In this document: piece by piece, positions 1-12,279 of the stretch
How positions within the stretch are numbered: position 1 is the stretch's first letter
Layout: every line of letters begins with the position of its first letter
DNA from: Raillietiella orientalis
Lineage: Eukaryota
Length of the DNA: 64,000 bases
Direction: 5' to 3'
Assembly (NCBI GenBank): GCA_036172245.1
Contig: JAYWIR010000017.1
Coordinates: 2,108,001 to 2,172,000 of the forward strand
Program-made: the position numbers and the translations under genes
Notes under the pieces: generated by a model
The model's database searches: none
What the model saw: the letters and a program-made list of their open reading frames with translations, nothing else
Told to the model about the DNA's origin: nothing

Positions 1-1651
1 AAACATGTTGTTATCTCTCCATGTGTACATTGATGCTAGCCGATTCAAATCAGGGAAACTGTGTGCATTTTTGTCTGTACGCATCACTATGAATTGCCAG
101 ATGTACTCAGTTTGTTATGAAGATCAGTGTTTCAACATCAACGTATACCTATTGCTATTGACAACGAAATTGGAATATTATGTATATTGATATATACATA
201 GGTATGCGTCGTATAGATGTATTGATACGCAATTGTGTGCATGCTCCTCGAACAACACAAACATACATATAAACATGTATCCATATATATGTATCTGTTG
301 ATCATGTTATATTTGTAGATAAGTCCACACCCAAGCTCCCATTCTGTTGAGAAAATGTGTTCATTCCTGTGAACTTGCATGATGATGTTCACTTAAGTAT
401 TAAAGAATATATATTTATTCATATATATACGTGTGTGTGTATTCAGCAGTGTCCCCAGTGAGCAAACAGCGAATCCAGTGAAAAGTGACGGACACAAGCG
501 GGGGGTGCGCTGCGGTCGGATAGAGTCCGTTGCCTATCGCACACGGACTCTACCTGCCAATATCGATTGATCCGTCATTTGGTGAAGATTCCTATCGGTA
601 TCCAACCAGACCCAATGGAATGTTCTCGCTTTTTGTTCTTGACGGTGCGAATTTCGAAAGAGAGTCTCGATTTGCTCGAAGCAGTGGGCGAAGGAGAAGG
701 AAGGCCGTAGCAACACCGTCTATGCACAGCGCTGAGGTAGATGCGAATCGCCCGATATTTCATCCACGAGACTGTCTTTCGGCGTTCCCATCTGGGAATT
801 TGTACCACGGAAGCACAAAATCTCCCAAATTTCAACCAATCTGGAAACTCATTCAGGCTTCTCTTTCCTAAGCGGTATGGGAGAAGAGCGCGTATGTTGC
901 AACGACTCCAGAAGCAGCGTGGTTTCCACAAGTTTCGGGATGGCGGTTTGACACTCATAGCAGAACGTATGGCTCTTGAAGATCATGAAACATTGGCGAG
1001 GACAGAACCAAAGCCTGGTAGGCTCCGGCTGTGGAAGTTTCGTTGCACAGAGGGATTCCTCATTTTCAAGTCCTTTTACCCTTTGAACGGGGGATCAATG
1101 GGAGTCGTGATTTCTTTGCGAGCGGGTGCAGCAAAACCCCTCGAGCTGCAAACTTTGCAAGAGGAACATGAAACCAAACTTCGTGTCGGATCCTTGCAAC
1201 AGCGACCAGGAAACAGAATTCTGCTTTCGTCGTCTTATCCTTGTCGAAAAGTACGTTCGCTCTCGTCTGCACCCGATGGGTGACGAGCGGAACCGCAACT
1301 CTGCCAGTACGCCAGCATAAGCGAAGAGAGGTGGCCTGAGGACATGCCAGGCGCAAGAAACCGTTTCTCCCTGATCGGAGCAGGCCGATGGCCGCTTACG
1401 TTCTGATGACCACCTCTCTTCTCCGTTTGGTTGTTCCTCTGATTCGAGGATGCGCAGCGGATTCGAGCGCGGTTCTCGTTGCACGCGACACGGGCAAGAA
1501 CATGGCTCCGGTGCTGGCTGCTTCATTGGACCTGCGAAGTTCCCGGAGGACAGCGAAGTGAACATTGAAAACGCATTCGGCATCGCAATATGCGGTGACA
1601 TTGCGTTTTCCTCCTCCCCTTCACCCACCTCATCGAACAAGGAACGAAACC

Positions 1652-4600
1652 ATGGAAACGTTGCTGCGTACAGGATCGCATTCGAAATCCAAAATCTTCA
1701 GAGTAAAGATGCGAAGAGACTACGGCGTTGCGCTGCGGCGTTTAAGGCACAGAATCGACGGACTCCTCGACTCGCTGAAGAACGGTTGCCTCAGTGGGAA
1801 GCAGAAAGTTGCTTCGGTTATTGCGGACCAACAGCGCAGGGTGAACAAAACCCGTGCATTTAAAAAGAGGCTGGCAGCGAATTTGTACCACTACGGAAAC
1901 GTGGCAAGCGACATCAAGAAGGAGTGGCAGAGCGCCGGATGCACGCCAACACCCCGAATGGTGTCCAGGCTGCTATCGGTGCACCGATGGATCGTGAAGG
2001 CGGTGGAGGTAAGAACGCAGCGCCCATGCGCAGCATGGTCGTGCGTCGTCGCGCAAAGCAACGAGCGATGGGGTGCAAGGGTGGTGAGCAAGTGACGCCG
2101 CCGCTTCTGAAATTCTCCCGCTTTTGCGCCTCAGGACTTCGTGGCCATTTTGCCGGAGAGCGACAAGCAGGAATGCTTGTCGTTCTCCGTGCGTCAGCTG
2201 ATCACCCTGATCAGGGAGGTGTCGGGCTTAGCACTGGATATGGGCCTGGACAACGATGGCGAAGAAGGGACGAACAACGAGAACATCCTAGGAATACGGG
2301 TAAGGAGCGCGGAGCGCGTGGGCGTTTTGCACTGCTAACGTCTGTGTTTTCGTGGTGCGGCCGCAGGACAGCACGCTGATCGTCGCGGAGGACGACTTCG
2401 TGACTTCGGTAAGGGCAGACTGGGAGGGAGGTAAGCGGCGCGGGGTGGGAATTTTTGCTTTTAGATGAGCGAGTGGTCGTCGTGGGATGCGCAGGAGGAG
2501 ATGGCGGGGGGCCATCTGCCGACGCGCGTGCCCGACGACGCGAACGGCATGAGGCTGCTGCGGGACCTGTGCTCTCTGCTGAGGACGCAGCAGCAGTGCA
2601 GGAAGTTGTTGGAATGCTTGGATGCGGAAACCATTTGGATGCTCGTGTACAGCGTGTGCGACCTGGATGCTGCCCAGGTCAAGGGACTGGTGGAGCGAAT
2701 GATCGAAAATCCGGACGTGATTCTGGAGGTGCTGGGGAACGTGAACGGCCAGCTGAGGGCCGCTCTCGAAGAGAGGAGCAGGAGGGCAGAAGCGGTTCTG
2801 CAGCCTCTGGAACGCCTGAAGCATGAAATAAGATCCCTGTTTTCTCTTCGGGTGGACGAGCAGCGAATGCGGCAGCGTAGCTTTGTACGCGACAGCGAGG
2901 ACTTGCTGACGATTGTGCGCTTCCTCTACGGCGGGGAGGAGAGGGCGCAACGCGTGTGCGAAGATCTGGAAGGCGACTTCCGAAGCTGGAAGAAGTTTCT
3001 GAGGAGCATTCTGTCCTTGGATATGAACCTGATCGGCCGCATCCTGGAAGAAAACGCGAGGCTGAGGGCTGGCAAAGCAACAGCATCCGAAGCAACAGCA
3101 GCGGAGAAGGAGGAAGCTTGGGTTTGTGGCAGCTGTTGGAACGGGAAGCCGGAGGCCGCAGGAAAGAAGCATGCGGGACTGGAAAAGGCGAGAGGTTTGC
3201 AGAAGGTACGTGAACGGGACCGCTCCGCGGCACGTGCGAGTGGGCGTTCGGAGACCGGTCCGGTGTTCGTAAGCGCTTCCAGGAAAACGGGATGGCCTGG
3301 ATCAAAGTGGGCTGCCGCCAGAACCGGGTCATCGTGTTCCGGTGGAAGAGCGAACTAGCAGAGAGAGACTGGGAGAAAGTGAGGGGGGCCGCGGTTTGCG
3401 CGGACGCCCCCGTCGGAGAGCCGTGCGCGTCGTCGTCGTCGTTGGGGACGCTCGCGCGCCATCGGGGCTGTTGCGCTCCCGTCGGCGCGTGAGGGAGCGG
3501 GAAAGGAAGAAAAAAGCAAATGGCCCTGTGTGGCGATGAATTTGGGGCACGGTAGGACGCAGGGAGATGGTGGGTGAGTGGCGGAGGGCGCCGTGACTTC
3601 CCGTGTCTTCCACGAAGAAAGCTTGCCGTTCCCTTCGTCGCGGGACGCCCGGGTGGTCAACTGGCCCGCTGGGACAAAACCTGAACTCTTGGAACTTTTC
3701 GCAGGAAAATACGCAGGAGGAGCGCCAGCAGTGCAACGCCGCGCCCGTCTGCCAGATGCGCGAGCGACCCCATCACCCGCTGGCGTACGCCAGGACTCGA
3801 CGGTCGCAGGAGGTTGGTGCCGAGCTTGCTGCGAGGAGAACCAGCGTGCTGGTGAGGCCGTGGTATATTCGCACCGGGCACTCCGCCATGCTTTGCAGAA
3901 CATCCTGCAGGTCGAGTCGGGGGACTTGACGCAGGATTGGCTGACGAGGGTGCGCGCGCTCATCGGCAAGCTGCTGGAGCACGCGACGAAGAGAGCAGAA
4001 ACGATGTCAGCCAGCCCGCCCGCTTGTTCGGCCCTTTCGCCGGCAGGCCGTCCGCAACTTGAGCTTGGCAGGGTGAAGGAAGGAGGCGCCGTAGAGAAGA
4101 CGATCCGGCACGACAGCCCCGGGAACGCCCGGCTGACGGCGCAGCCGTTCTTGGAGTCTGCCGTGCACACGTGTGCCGCCGAGGGACCACCACCTGCGCA
4201 GGACGTAATGCTCGGCAGGGAAGAAGACGCTTACGGCGCGGGCTCGGAACGCGCGCGCGCGTGCCTTCTCTCGGCGCTCGAGTGCGTCAACTCTGCGCGT
4301 GCGCGCTCGGTCGCTGGCTCGTGCTCACCCCCTGCCTGCCTGCGTCCGTCACATCCCCTTCCCCTCTTACTTGCAGACGGGTGGTTGCGTGCTGACCCAG
4401 GCCTCCGACAGCTGCCTGCGCAGGTGAGCGAAGAAACCGAGCGCCCGTTCGCGCGCTCCCTGGCACCGCGCAGCGGATCGTTGCACGTTGCGCTCGTCTT
4501 TTGCTGCTCTCGTGTTCCTCAGGGTGGACGACGTGAGGAAGGTGTTTGGTGACGTCGGACGGAGGCGCGAAGAGCAAGACGCACGTGGGAGGTGAGAGGG

Positions 4601-5211
4601 GAGCCGGTGCACGGGAGCGAGGGACGCTTGGATCCGGGGTGGATGGAAGGGGAAGAGCAGGAGGCGGTTCCCCCGGGTGGTCAGAATTCGCGCGGGAGAC
4701 GAATTTGCGCGGTGGTTCCGCAGGTTTCGCTCGCAAGACACGCAACCTCCTCCGACGCCCGAAGTTTCCCGCACGCTGCTGGCGGACGGCGGCCATGCGG
4801 CGGACGGGACGCAGGTGAGGCTCGCTTTCCCAGGTAGTGGCGCCGACAGCCGGCCAGCGCCGCTGCCGCGTTCCCTCCTCCCGCCATTCACGGTCCCGCT
4901 TCGTTCCAGCTCTCCTGCGATGCCGGTCGGCTGCCAGGAGAACGAAGCGCGATGCGAGTGAGCAGAGCGCCCGGCACCGTCGGGGGCGGCTCGAGCTGAA
5001 CCACTTGTGGCGCGCGTGTCCGTTGCAGGAGCGGCATGAAGCAGTTGCTCACCAGCCTGGCCATCCACGTAGACGGCATGCAGTGGAGCGTCAGCGGGCA
5101 GTTTTCGGCATGCTGAGCACGGCTTCGGCGTCGGCGGTCGGCTGCGGCGGGGCCGACTTCAGGCGTCGTGGGCCGAAAACACTCTCCCACGCACCCGACT
5201 CCAAGAATAAA
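1652..5211 (+). CDS. Multi-exon gene of unknown function (GC-rich, including its introns)
   Basis: Frame-consistent phase-0 GT-AG introns join the ORF pieces: 2009 (or 2084)-2134, 2300-2366 (CTAAC branch-like motif ~2335), 2409-2464 and 3206-3282, with a further donor at 3379. Additional GTGAG...CAG introns lie near 4424-4522, 4815-4909 and 4958-5029, and there is an AATAAA at ~5206. The protein looks helical (METLLRTG...DFVAILPESDKQECL...MSEWSSWDAQEE...ENGMAWIKVGCRQNRVIVFRW) with no recognised domain. The start codon and the 3' exons are uncertain. Confidence 0.6.
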
Positions 5212-5249
5212 AGAGTTGCTTATTGCGTCTGCGTAATGGAAACCGCGGC

Positions 5250-7140
5250 CCGGCTCGGTGCAGGGGGCGATGGCACCAACAGGAACGTGCGTAACGGAAG
5301 GCGAGCAGAGCCATGAGGACACCAACCGTCCAGGATGCCTTTTGGCATTTGCACGCAGCCACGCACGCTCGCAACTGGTTGCAGCACTCCTGCGATCGGT
5401 TGGCCATCCAGAAACGACATTCTTTCATGTGTATCCACCACTTTCTGCGGGATTCTCGCGCGCCCTCGGTGCGTGGCGATCCGCTGCTGCGTCCACGCTC
5501 CTGTCGTGTCGAATTCTCGTCACGACGTCTCCACTTCGGTGCAGTATTGAATCACACGTGTTCGCAGCTGCAAAATTCCGCCCTCATCGATCCCTGCGAG
5601 TCGGATGCGATCCAGGTCGGAAAAGCGAATTCCGGAAACAGCGAGCTGCTTCACATTTCCGCACGATCCTTCGTCTCCGTAAGGGTTTTTGCGACTACTG
5701 TAGCAGTTTTTCCTGCAATTCAGATGGTTCTAAAGTGATGCTCTCGTAGGCTGGATGCTGCGTGATAGAACTTTCATTCCAATAAAATGGAATTGTCACA
5801 TTGTAGAGATGGAACCAGAATCACCTGCCAAGCATAAGCGCGAATTTCCGTGTTTCTTACAGGCAAGCATTTTTCGCTGGTCAAGGGAAACACCGAAACG
5901 CGGATCGTTGGTCCGTGCTGTTTGCGAGGGAAGATCGATTCGCTGCATACTACATGGATCCGTTTTTCTTCTGAATTGCAGCATGGCAATGGGGGGAACT
6001 TCACAATGCTATTTCACTAGAAAAGAACAAACGAGCCCCAAAAAATTCCGTCTCCCGAATAGAAACTGAAATCGCAGCACTATCCTGAGACTTATCTACC
6101 TCTGAGTCTCCCCACGGGCACGATCTCTCAGAAGGGAAAACGGACTCCATAACCTCAGCGCTGCACATGAACTCCCTTTGCGAGTCGAACTGGGACTGGT
6201 AACTGGCTTCATAAGCACACTCTCTCCATGACAATAGGAGGAACGCACGCAGGCTTCCTGGAACCGAACAACAAGATTCGGATTGGTATCCAAAGCCTTC
6301 TTCATGATGCCGTGGAGAACGGTTTCAGGAAAACGAATAGCTAAGAGAACTTCCATGCACTCCCTGCTCTTTTGTCCCTTTATTTTTTACGAACAAATCG
6401 ATGCTGCCATCTGTTTGCATCATGCAAATAATCGTAAATTTGCACGTAATCCGGGAACTTTGCTTTCACAGCTCGCTCTTTGGACACAATCAGTGTCCAA
6501 AGAGCTGGACGTTCCTGGTCGCTGACATCGACAAGTTCCCATTCCAGTCAAACATTTGAATGCACTATCCTTCAATCAGAGACAGGGGAGGAATCCACGC
6601 TCAAAAGAAGGAAGGAAGAATCATATGCACGTTCTTTCGACAACTTACGACAACTTTTCGTCTTTTGTGCCAACGGCTACCAAGTTCAAAGAAGAACTAC
6701 GACCTGGCTGCTGTGGCGCAACCAATCGCTGGGCGCGTAGAGGATTGTGACAAGCAGTTCCGAAGAAGCAGCCCACTCTACTTTCCACATCGAAACGGCA
6801 CTCTGCACGAATGAATTCAACAAGCAGGCCACCCCACACGGAGGCACTGTACCATTCTGTCAGTAGAGCTTTCCATCCGCACATCTCTAGATATCCTTCA
6901 CTCCCTGCTGGCAGATCTGGTGAGTCTCCTGGAGCAGAGCATGGTCGAAAGGGCGCAAGGTTTTCGTTGCCGCACTCATCTTCTTATCGTGGTCGACATT
7001 TCAACAGGCGACGTACAAGCGGAGAGAAGAGGCGAGGTTACGCGTCATGGCATGGAGCAAGACAGTGAAGGACCCGCCTCATTCATGGGCGACTGGGTCA
7101 TGGCCACAGCGGGTGCTGTCAGGCGTTCCATGCATTCATG
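5250..7140 (+). mobile_element. Highly decayed L1/Tx1-like ORF2 (APE endonuclease plus RT) remnant
   Basis: Degenerate motifs appear in the expected order across shifting frames: TFFHVYPP, RGDP, NSDG, KWNCHIV, RRLPGT...GLVSKAFF, ICLHHANNRKFAR...VPGR, RRSSPLYF, LLADLVSLL, HFNRRRT and SFMG. These parallel the better-preserved ORF2 at 59916-62760. Confidence 0.45.
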
Positions 7141-7149
7141 CCCGCTGAG

Positions 7150-8300
7150 ATGGCGCTAGCGGCTGCATCCCTCCTTGGAGGTGTCGCGAGAGGCCAATTC
7201 CATGTTCTCTTGCCTTACCTTTTCCATAGCTTCCCGCTTTCGGTTCTTAGACTTGCTCCCTTTGTTCCGGCCCTCCTCGGGGGTCTCCGGTTTGAATCGC
7301 TACCTGTGCCGCGCCCGAATGTTTGTAGACCAACCAGCATCATCTTGCAGGAGAAACTCAGAACCCAACGACGCAGTGGCGTCAGTGTCTGCCGGAGTAT
7401 TCGAACCTGCAACGCATGGTGCCACGCGCGGAAGCCGCAACCACAAAGCCTCCAGAAGCTGGCTTCGAGACTTGCTCCCTCGTGCGACGGATGGAGCATT
7501 GCCTCCGGCAGCAACGGAGTCCAACTCTTAAGAGTCAGGAGCTTGCGATTTGCAGCTTCCCTTTTGTTGCCATAGCAACGCTTTCGTGTAGTGGCGTCCT
7601 CGGTTGCGCTTACTGGCGCACTATTTGAGGACGCGACCGCAGGTGCGATATAGTTGCCAGTCGAGTGCAACCTCGCATTTCCTCAAGGGCGGTGCAGAAC
7701 GACGCACCACCTGGTCTTTGCCTGAGATAGACGCGCTTTTCTCCTTTTTCGTGTATGGAGTTTGTTTCTTGCTTATTAGGAGCAGCTCGCCACGACGCTC
7801 GCTCTTTGCCTTCCAGGCCACCTCAATCATTTCCAGGGGAGATTCTTGCTTCTGAAGAGGCCTTTTTTAACGGGAAGGTCGCGTCGCGGGTCACGGTTTG
7901 TTTGCTGTTAAGGCAAGAAGCCTTTGCTGCGAGTGCAGAGCACGCCCCCCGTATGTGCCTAAGTTGCTTGTAGCCTCTGCACTCAATCTTCGGGCAGCTC
8001 CTCTTGAGGTGACCCGCTTCGCCTCACTCGCCGCAAACTTTGAACTTTCCCACAAACCGGAGTTCGACGTTTGTTCCGTCGATCTCCAGTTCATGGGGAT
8101 TTTTTTCCGTTTTGGCGGAAACGCGCGCCGCAGCAAACCCGTTGTACGTGGATGAGAAACTCTTCCAAAGATTCCCTCTTCGCAAAAGGACGTGCACGCT
8201 GGTGTGGTCCTCCAGAGCCGCAATCACATCGCCGTCGGACATGCCCGACTGGATGTTTTTCAAATGGAGGACGAAAGACCGATTTTCCGTGAAAAGGAAA
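7150..8300 (-). mobile_element. Tx1/L1-type ORF1 (gag-like, two CCHC zinc knuckles), pseudogenised
   Basis: Reads NIQSGMSDGDVIAALE...YNGFAAARV...PHELEIDGTNVELRFVG, then VCGE*GEAGHLKRSC and ECRGYKQLRHIRGAC. These are CX2CX4HX4C knuckles with the second Cys mutated to a stop and to Tyr. A basic low-complexity tail follows. Confidence 0.75.
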
Positions 8301-8916
8301 ACTCTGCGGCCTCCAAATGCTCAACTGTGTACGAAAAAGACACTGGGTGAGTTCTGACCTTTTGCAGTTCACTTCCTAGCGTTCGTTCCCTATCAGCAGT
8401 ATAAGGGTCTTCAGGTCTTCCTCGCTTTTCCCAATCCCTAGAAGGATGGGTAAATTTATTTTCCATTCATACTACAAAACGCATTTACTTCAACAGAGGG
8501 CACGGATTTACTAAATTTTTTCTCTGTTGGATGTTCATTTCACTTCTTTGGGTCACTGCACTACACTAAGGTTTTGCACTAGGGGAGACTGGGCGCTGGG
8601 TGTGCTTGGACGATGGCATCAATCCTTTTCAGGATGTAGTGGTACGTCCAGGACAAACCTCTTCCACAATTCCTGATACCGATCTCCCTTTGGATAATTC
8701 TTTTCAGGATTCTCAGGGGAGATGTGGCTATCCTAGCGTTCCTCATCTTCCACTTTTGTATAAGGATGGAGGTGAATAGGGCGATGGTCGTTCTGAACAT
8801 GGGACTGTAACATCTGCAGTTCGCTGGAACATCGCGGCCAGGATTTCCATCTTTTTGTTGTTTGGAAACTCTATGACCCACTTCAAGGTTTGCCATTCTT
8901 GGTGCATTGTAGGATA
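7677..8916. repeat. Left arm of a long inverted repeat (partner 62761-64000)
   Basis: Reverse complement of 62761-64000. The paired ORFs translate identically and their coordinates always sum to 71677 (e.g. 8579..8896 and 62781..63098). Identity stops at 8916/62761. Confidence 0.97.
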
Positions 8917-9270
8917 GGTCAAGACGTGAAGTCTTGTATTCACGTCAGCACATGCTCTGCAATCCTCTTCTGTTCGATTGCCCGTCCAATGTTTCATTCT
9001 GGAACCACTCAGCATTGCTCCGTAGTAGAACATTAGGAGGTCATCTTGGGTGTCTGGCTGCAGGCCACTCCTTCAGAGAGTCTTTCCTGTCGCCAACGTG
9101 TTGACGATTTCTCTCCCGTAGCTATTGGCAGCTTCCTGGAGGGCATCAATGTCTTGATCGTCCCCACATATGAAATGATGGTTTTTCTTGTTCATCCTGG
9201 ACCACGCGTAGTTGCTGTGGTTCTTCCACACTTGACACGTCCTGTGAGTGAACCTTCCCCTCACCATCTC
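8545..9270 (-). mobile_element. Decayed apurinic-endonuclease domain of a non-LTR retrotransposon
   Basis: Motifs in order with frameshifts and stops: DIDALQEA (DIxxLQET-like), LHVLTYP, EILAAMF, WTYHYILKRIDAI (TY...RID) and CSDP (SDH-like). Confidence 0.55.
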
Positions 9271-9339
9271 GATGTACCTGAGGACGCAGAAGTGGTGGTA
9301 GTAGCCACCGCGTCTCTGCTGCTTTATTCTTAGGGTAAC

Positions 9340-11500
9340 TCTGGACCGGGGGGGAAGGCCAAGGAGGAGGAGCCGTGTCAGGAGCCCTTGCAGTCGCAGT
9401 CGATTTGCGTAAAGCTTTCGACTGCGTCGACCAGGAACTCCTGCTGGAGATCCTGGGATGCATGGGATTTCCCATTCTAGCCTATCTGCTCTCTTGTTGG
9501 CGCTTTGCGCTTATAAATATTTTAGTTTCAGCGGCCGGCACTTGTATGGCGTGCCGGTTTGGCGCGGCACAAGGCAGGGTTACAACCTGAGCCCCTTGCT
9601 CTTCAGCATCTATTTCGAATTGGTGCTGAGAGCATACAGGGAGACTCTGGCAACCCTGCCAAGCTCGTGTCCTGGCACGCCGGCCGTGTCGTTCTATGTA
9701 GACGATCTTCTGCTGCTGCTCCCCGGGTCCACCCCGGCTTCTGCTCTCGAGTTCTTCGAGTTGCTCAGCCGCAGGACAGGCCTGGAGGTGAGTAGGGCTA
9801 AGTCGTTCATTATAGCTACGGATGCGCCGCGGGCAAGACGGTCGGACTTGATTCGCTTGGGGATCCCCATGGGCGGATACTTGAAGTACCTTGACGTTCC
9901 GTTAAGGGACTTCTAAACTGCAGAAGTCTGGTCCAACCGGTTCCAAAAGGTGGAGTAGGCGATCGGCTCGTTCCGGGACAGAAAGTTTTACTTGCAGGAA
10001 CGGGTCGCGGTGTGGGACGCTTTCGTGGCTCCCCTCCTTCGTCCCCTATTTTTTGTTTGCCCTACTCCACCCCAAATAAAGACTAGGACGATGAATATCC
10101 TGAGAAAAGCCCTCAAGGGCTCACGGAGGTCCTGCGTCCGACTTAAAGACTTTTGCGTCCCACGCAGTGATGGTGGACTCGGCCTTCTGACAGTGGAGCA
10201 CATGGAGCGATAGCTCCGCATTCGCAAACTCGCCCTTGCAGCGAGATTATGTACAACATGGCGCGTTCCCTCACGCCTCCTCGCCAATGGAGCGACCAAC
10301 TGCAATAGGTTCATATCGATCCTTGAGGCTAAGGATCTCAGTCTGAACCATTGTGGTTTTCAGCTGCGTGAGGTGATTGCCCTGGTGAGAAAGAATACGT
10401 AGATTTCCTTCCTCCCGCGAACTGCACTACCTGACTTCAGGAGTTTCCGCGTGAGCTAAGATCAGTGGCTCCGGCGACTCGGACTACTCATGCCTCCTTA
10501 GAGGCAGGTACGCTGGACAGCCCCTGCAAGAGACTGTTTCGAACCCACGGAAACTTCTGTGGGCTTCATTTACCCCCTTGACCCTCTTAAGGAACGCTAG
10601 GGACAGCCAGAAAGAGGCATCGTGAGAAGTGTCCTGCTTCATCGGCAGGAAAAATAGGCAGGAAAATATCGTTAAAAAAGTGAACAACTCGGGAACTAGC
10701 GGATGCTGCAACCCCGAGTGTCCCGCCTAAAGGACTTGTGCTCTGGGGCGATCTGCTCGGCCCAGCGCACTTTACCTCCAGAGGAGGTGAAGTGGCCCCC
10801 AGCGCGTTGGGATAATGGCACCCTCTCCGTGGAGTGGCAAGAGACGGCGTTGCCCGTGTTGCATTGGAGACTCCTTTGCAGAGCACGCCTCTCTCACTGG
10901 ACACTAGGGAGCGTGGATGCCAGTTGTGCAGGCTGCGGGGAAAGGGAAACCTTTCCCCACCTGCTAATCCAGTGTGTCGCCCTCCGCCCTATGTGGAATC
11001 GACTGTCGTCGATCCCAAACATTCCGGTCGGCGACCCGAAGAACATTTTCCTTCGCCTCCTGATGCGGGACGCCTTGCCAGCAGCCGCGTGTGTAGCAGT
11101 TCTCTGCTGCATACACAGCATCCTCGCCAAATGATCTGCATTAATGCGAGGCCACAACAGCCGGAATGCCATTCACTGGGCGGCCATTTCCATGGAGAAG
11201 GTTTCTCGATGGGGCCGGCTACGAACTTTAAGACTAGCACTTGTCCTTATCCAAAACTGGATGCAGAGGACCACCTGCAGCGAGCAGTGATCCCTTCCCT
11301 GCCCTCCCCTTCCTGGAAAACATTGCCCTCCGGAGGTAGAGCAAGGAAAAGGAAGAAAGCAGAACAGCAAGAGGAGTTTCCATGCAGCGTCATAGCAGAA
11401 ACAAGTTCGTCTTGCAGGAGTGGGTTTCCATGTGTAAAACTCTTGTTGTCCCCCTCCTCCGCCCCTTATTTTTTTTTTCCGCCCCCTCATTCGGTAGAGA
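9340..11500 (+). mobile_element. 5'-truncated L1/Tx1-like ORF2 (RT plus zf-RVT), frameshifted
   Basis: AVDLRKAFDCVD, RGTRQGYNLSPLLF, FYVDD, GLEVSRAKS, YLKYLDVP, DGGLGL and CAGCGERETFPHLLIQC, with several stops and frameshifts. A pyrimidine/T-rich 3' UTR-like tract lies at ~11440-11490. Confidence 0.9.
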
Positions 11501-11899
11501 TCCGGGAGCAGAGCCTCCTACGAAAAGCTTTATGAAGAGCTGAAAGGTCTCGGATACTCCTGAAAGACTTTGTGGCCTCCTAAGGAAATCCTTTGGGGCT
11601 CTTCAATTTCCTGGAGGCGAGTAGTGTCTTGATGGAGCCGTGTCAGAATGCTGGCTTAGACATCCTAACACCGTGGAAAAGCGAACTGTAAATACAGTTT
11701 CGAATGCTTCACTGTGAGGGAAGTTGTAGACTTTTCCGTGGTGTGCGTCCTCGTTTTTCATTCTTCGAGGTTGTGGCAGTAGTGGAGGACTCATCGCCAC
11801 GATCTCCTTGCTAATACAGGATACGTGTATTTGACTTTTCGCTACGGCAAACTGCCTTGATCCTAAAAGTGTACTCTTGGATTTTCTGCCGTCCAATAA

Positions 11900-12250
11900 A
11901 CTAAGAAGCTTGAAGGCAAGAAACGTTTGTCTCCTGGGCTTCAACAACGTTGCAGTTGACGCAGAAATACTGTTTTCCTCCCACAATTCTTCCTCTGAGA
12001 GCTATTCTGCAGGATTTAAAGAAGTCCGTTCGTCTGGCTATCACACCCCCTGTAGCATTGCTGTCCGCGATGATGACATACAATGACAATTGTCTACCGG
12101 CGGAATGGGAAATTTGCATCATTGCTGAAAGTAGTAAACACCTGAGCGGCTGGGAGACGAGCGAGCTAGTCGGCGCCGTCACTCCGCGTCGTTGAGCAAA
12201 GGGACTGCTTCGGTGGAGCAAGCTGTTAAATGCGCCCTCCCAAGAACTTG
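11900..12250 (+). mobile_element. Short internal ORF2 fragment of the same L1/Tx1-like family
   Basis: VRLAITPPVALLSAMMTYNDNCLPAEWEICIIAESSKHLSGWETSELV...KGLLRWS is homologous to 12340-12540 and to 60440-60640 on the minus strand. Confidence 0.7.
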
Positions 12251-12279
12251 CTGGTATATGTAAACCCAATGTCGAACTT

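Noticed and set aside
180..440. TA/CA-rich tract as a telomere or satellite (similar tract at 39480-39520)
   Set aside because: Short degenerate microsatellite-like sequence with no regular unit.
530..1500. Overlapping ORFs of 60-180 aa as genes
   Set aside because: No recognisable domain. Possible splice sites (1018-1050, 1251) could not be built into a supported model.
6001..6356. Minus-strand RT-like ORFs
   Set aside because: The ordered RT motifs fit the plus strand better, and the minus-strand similarity is unconvincing.
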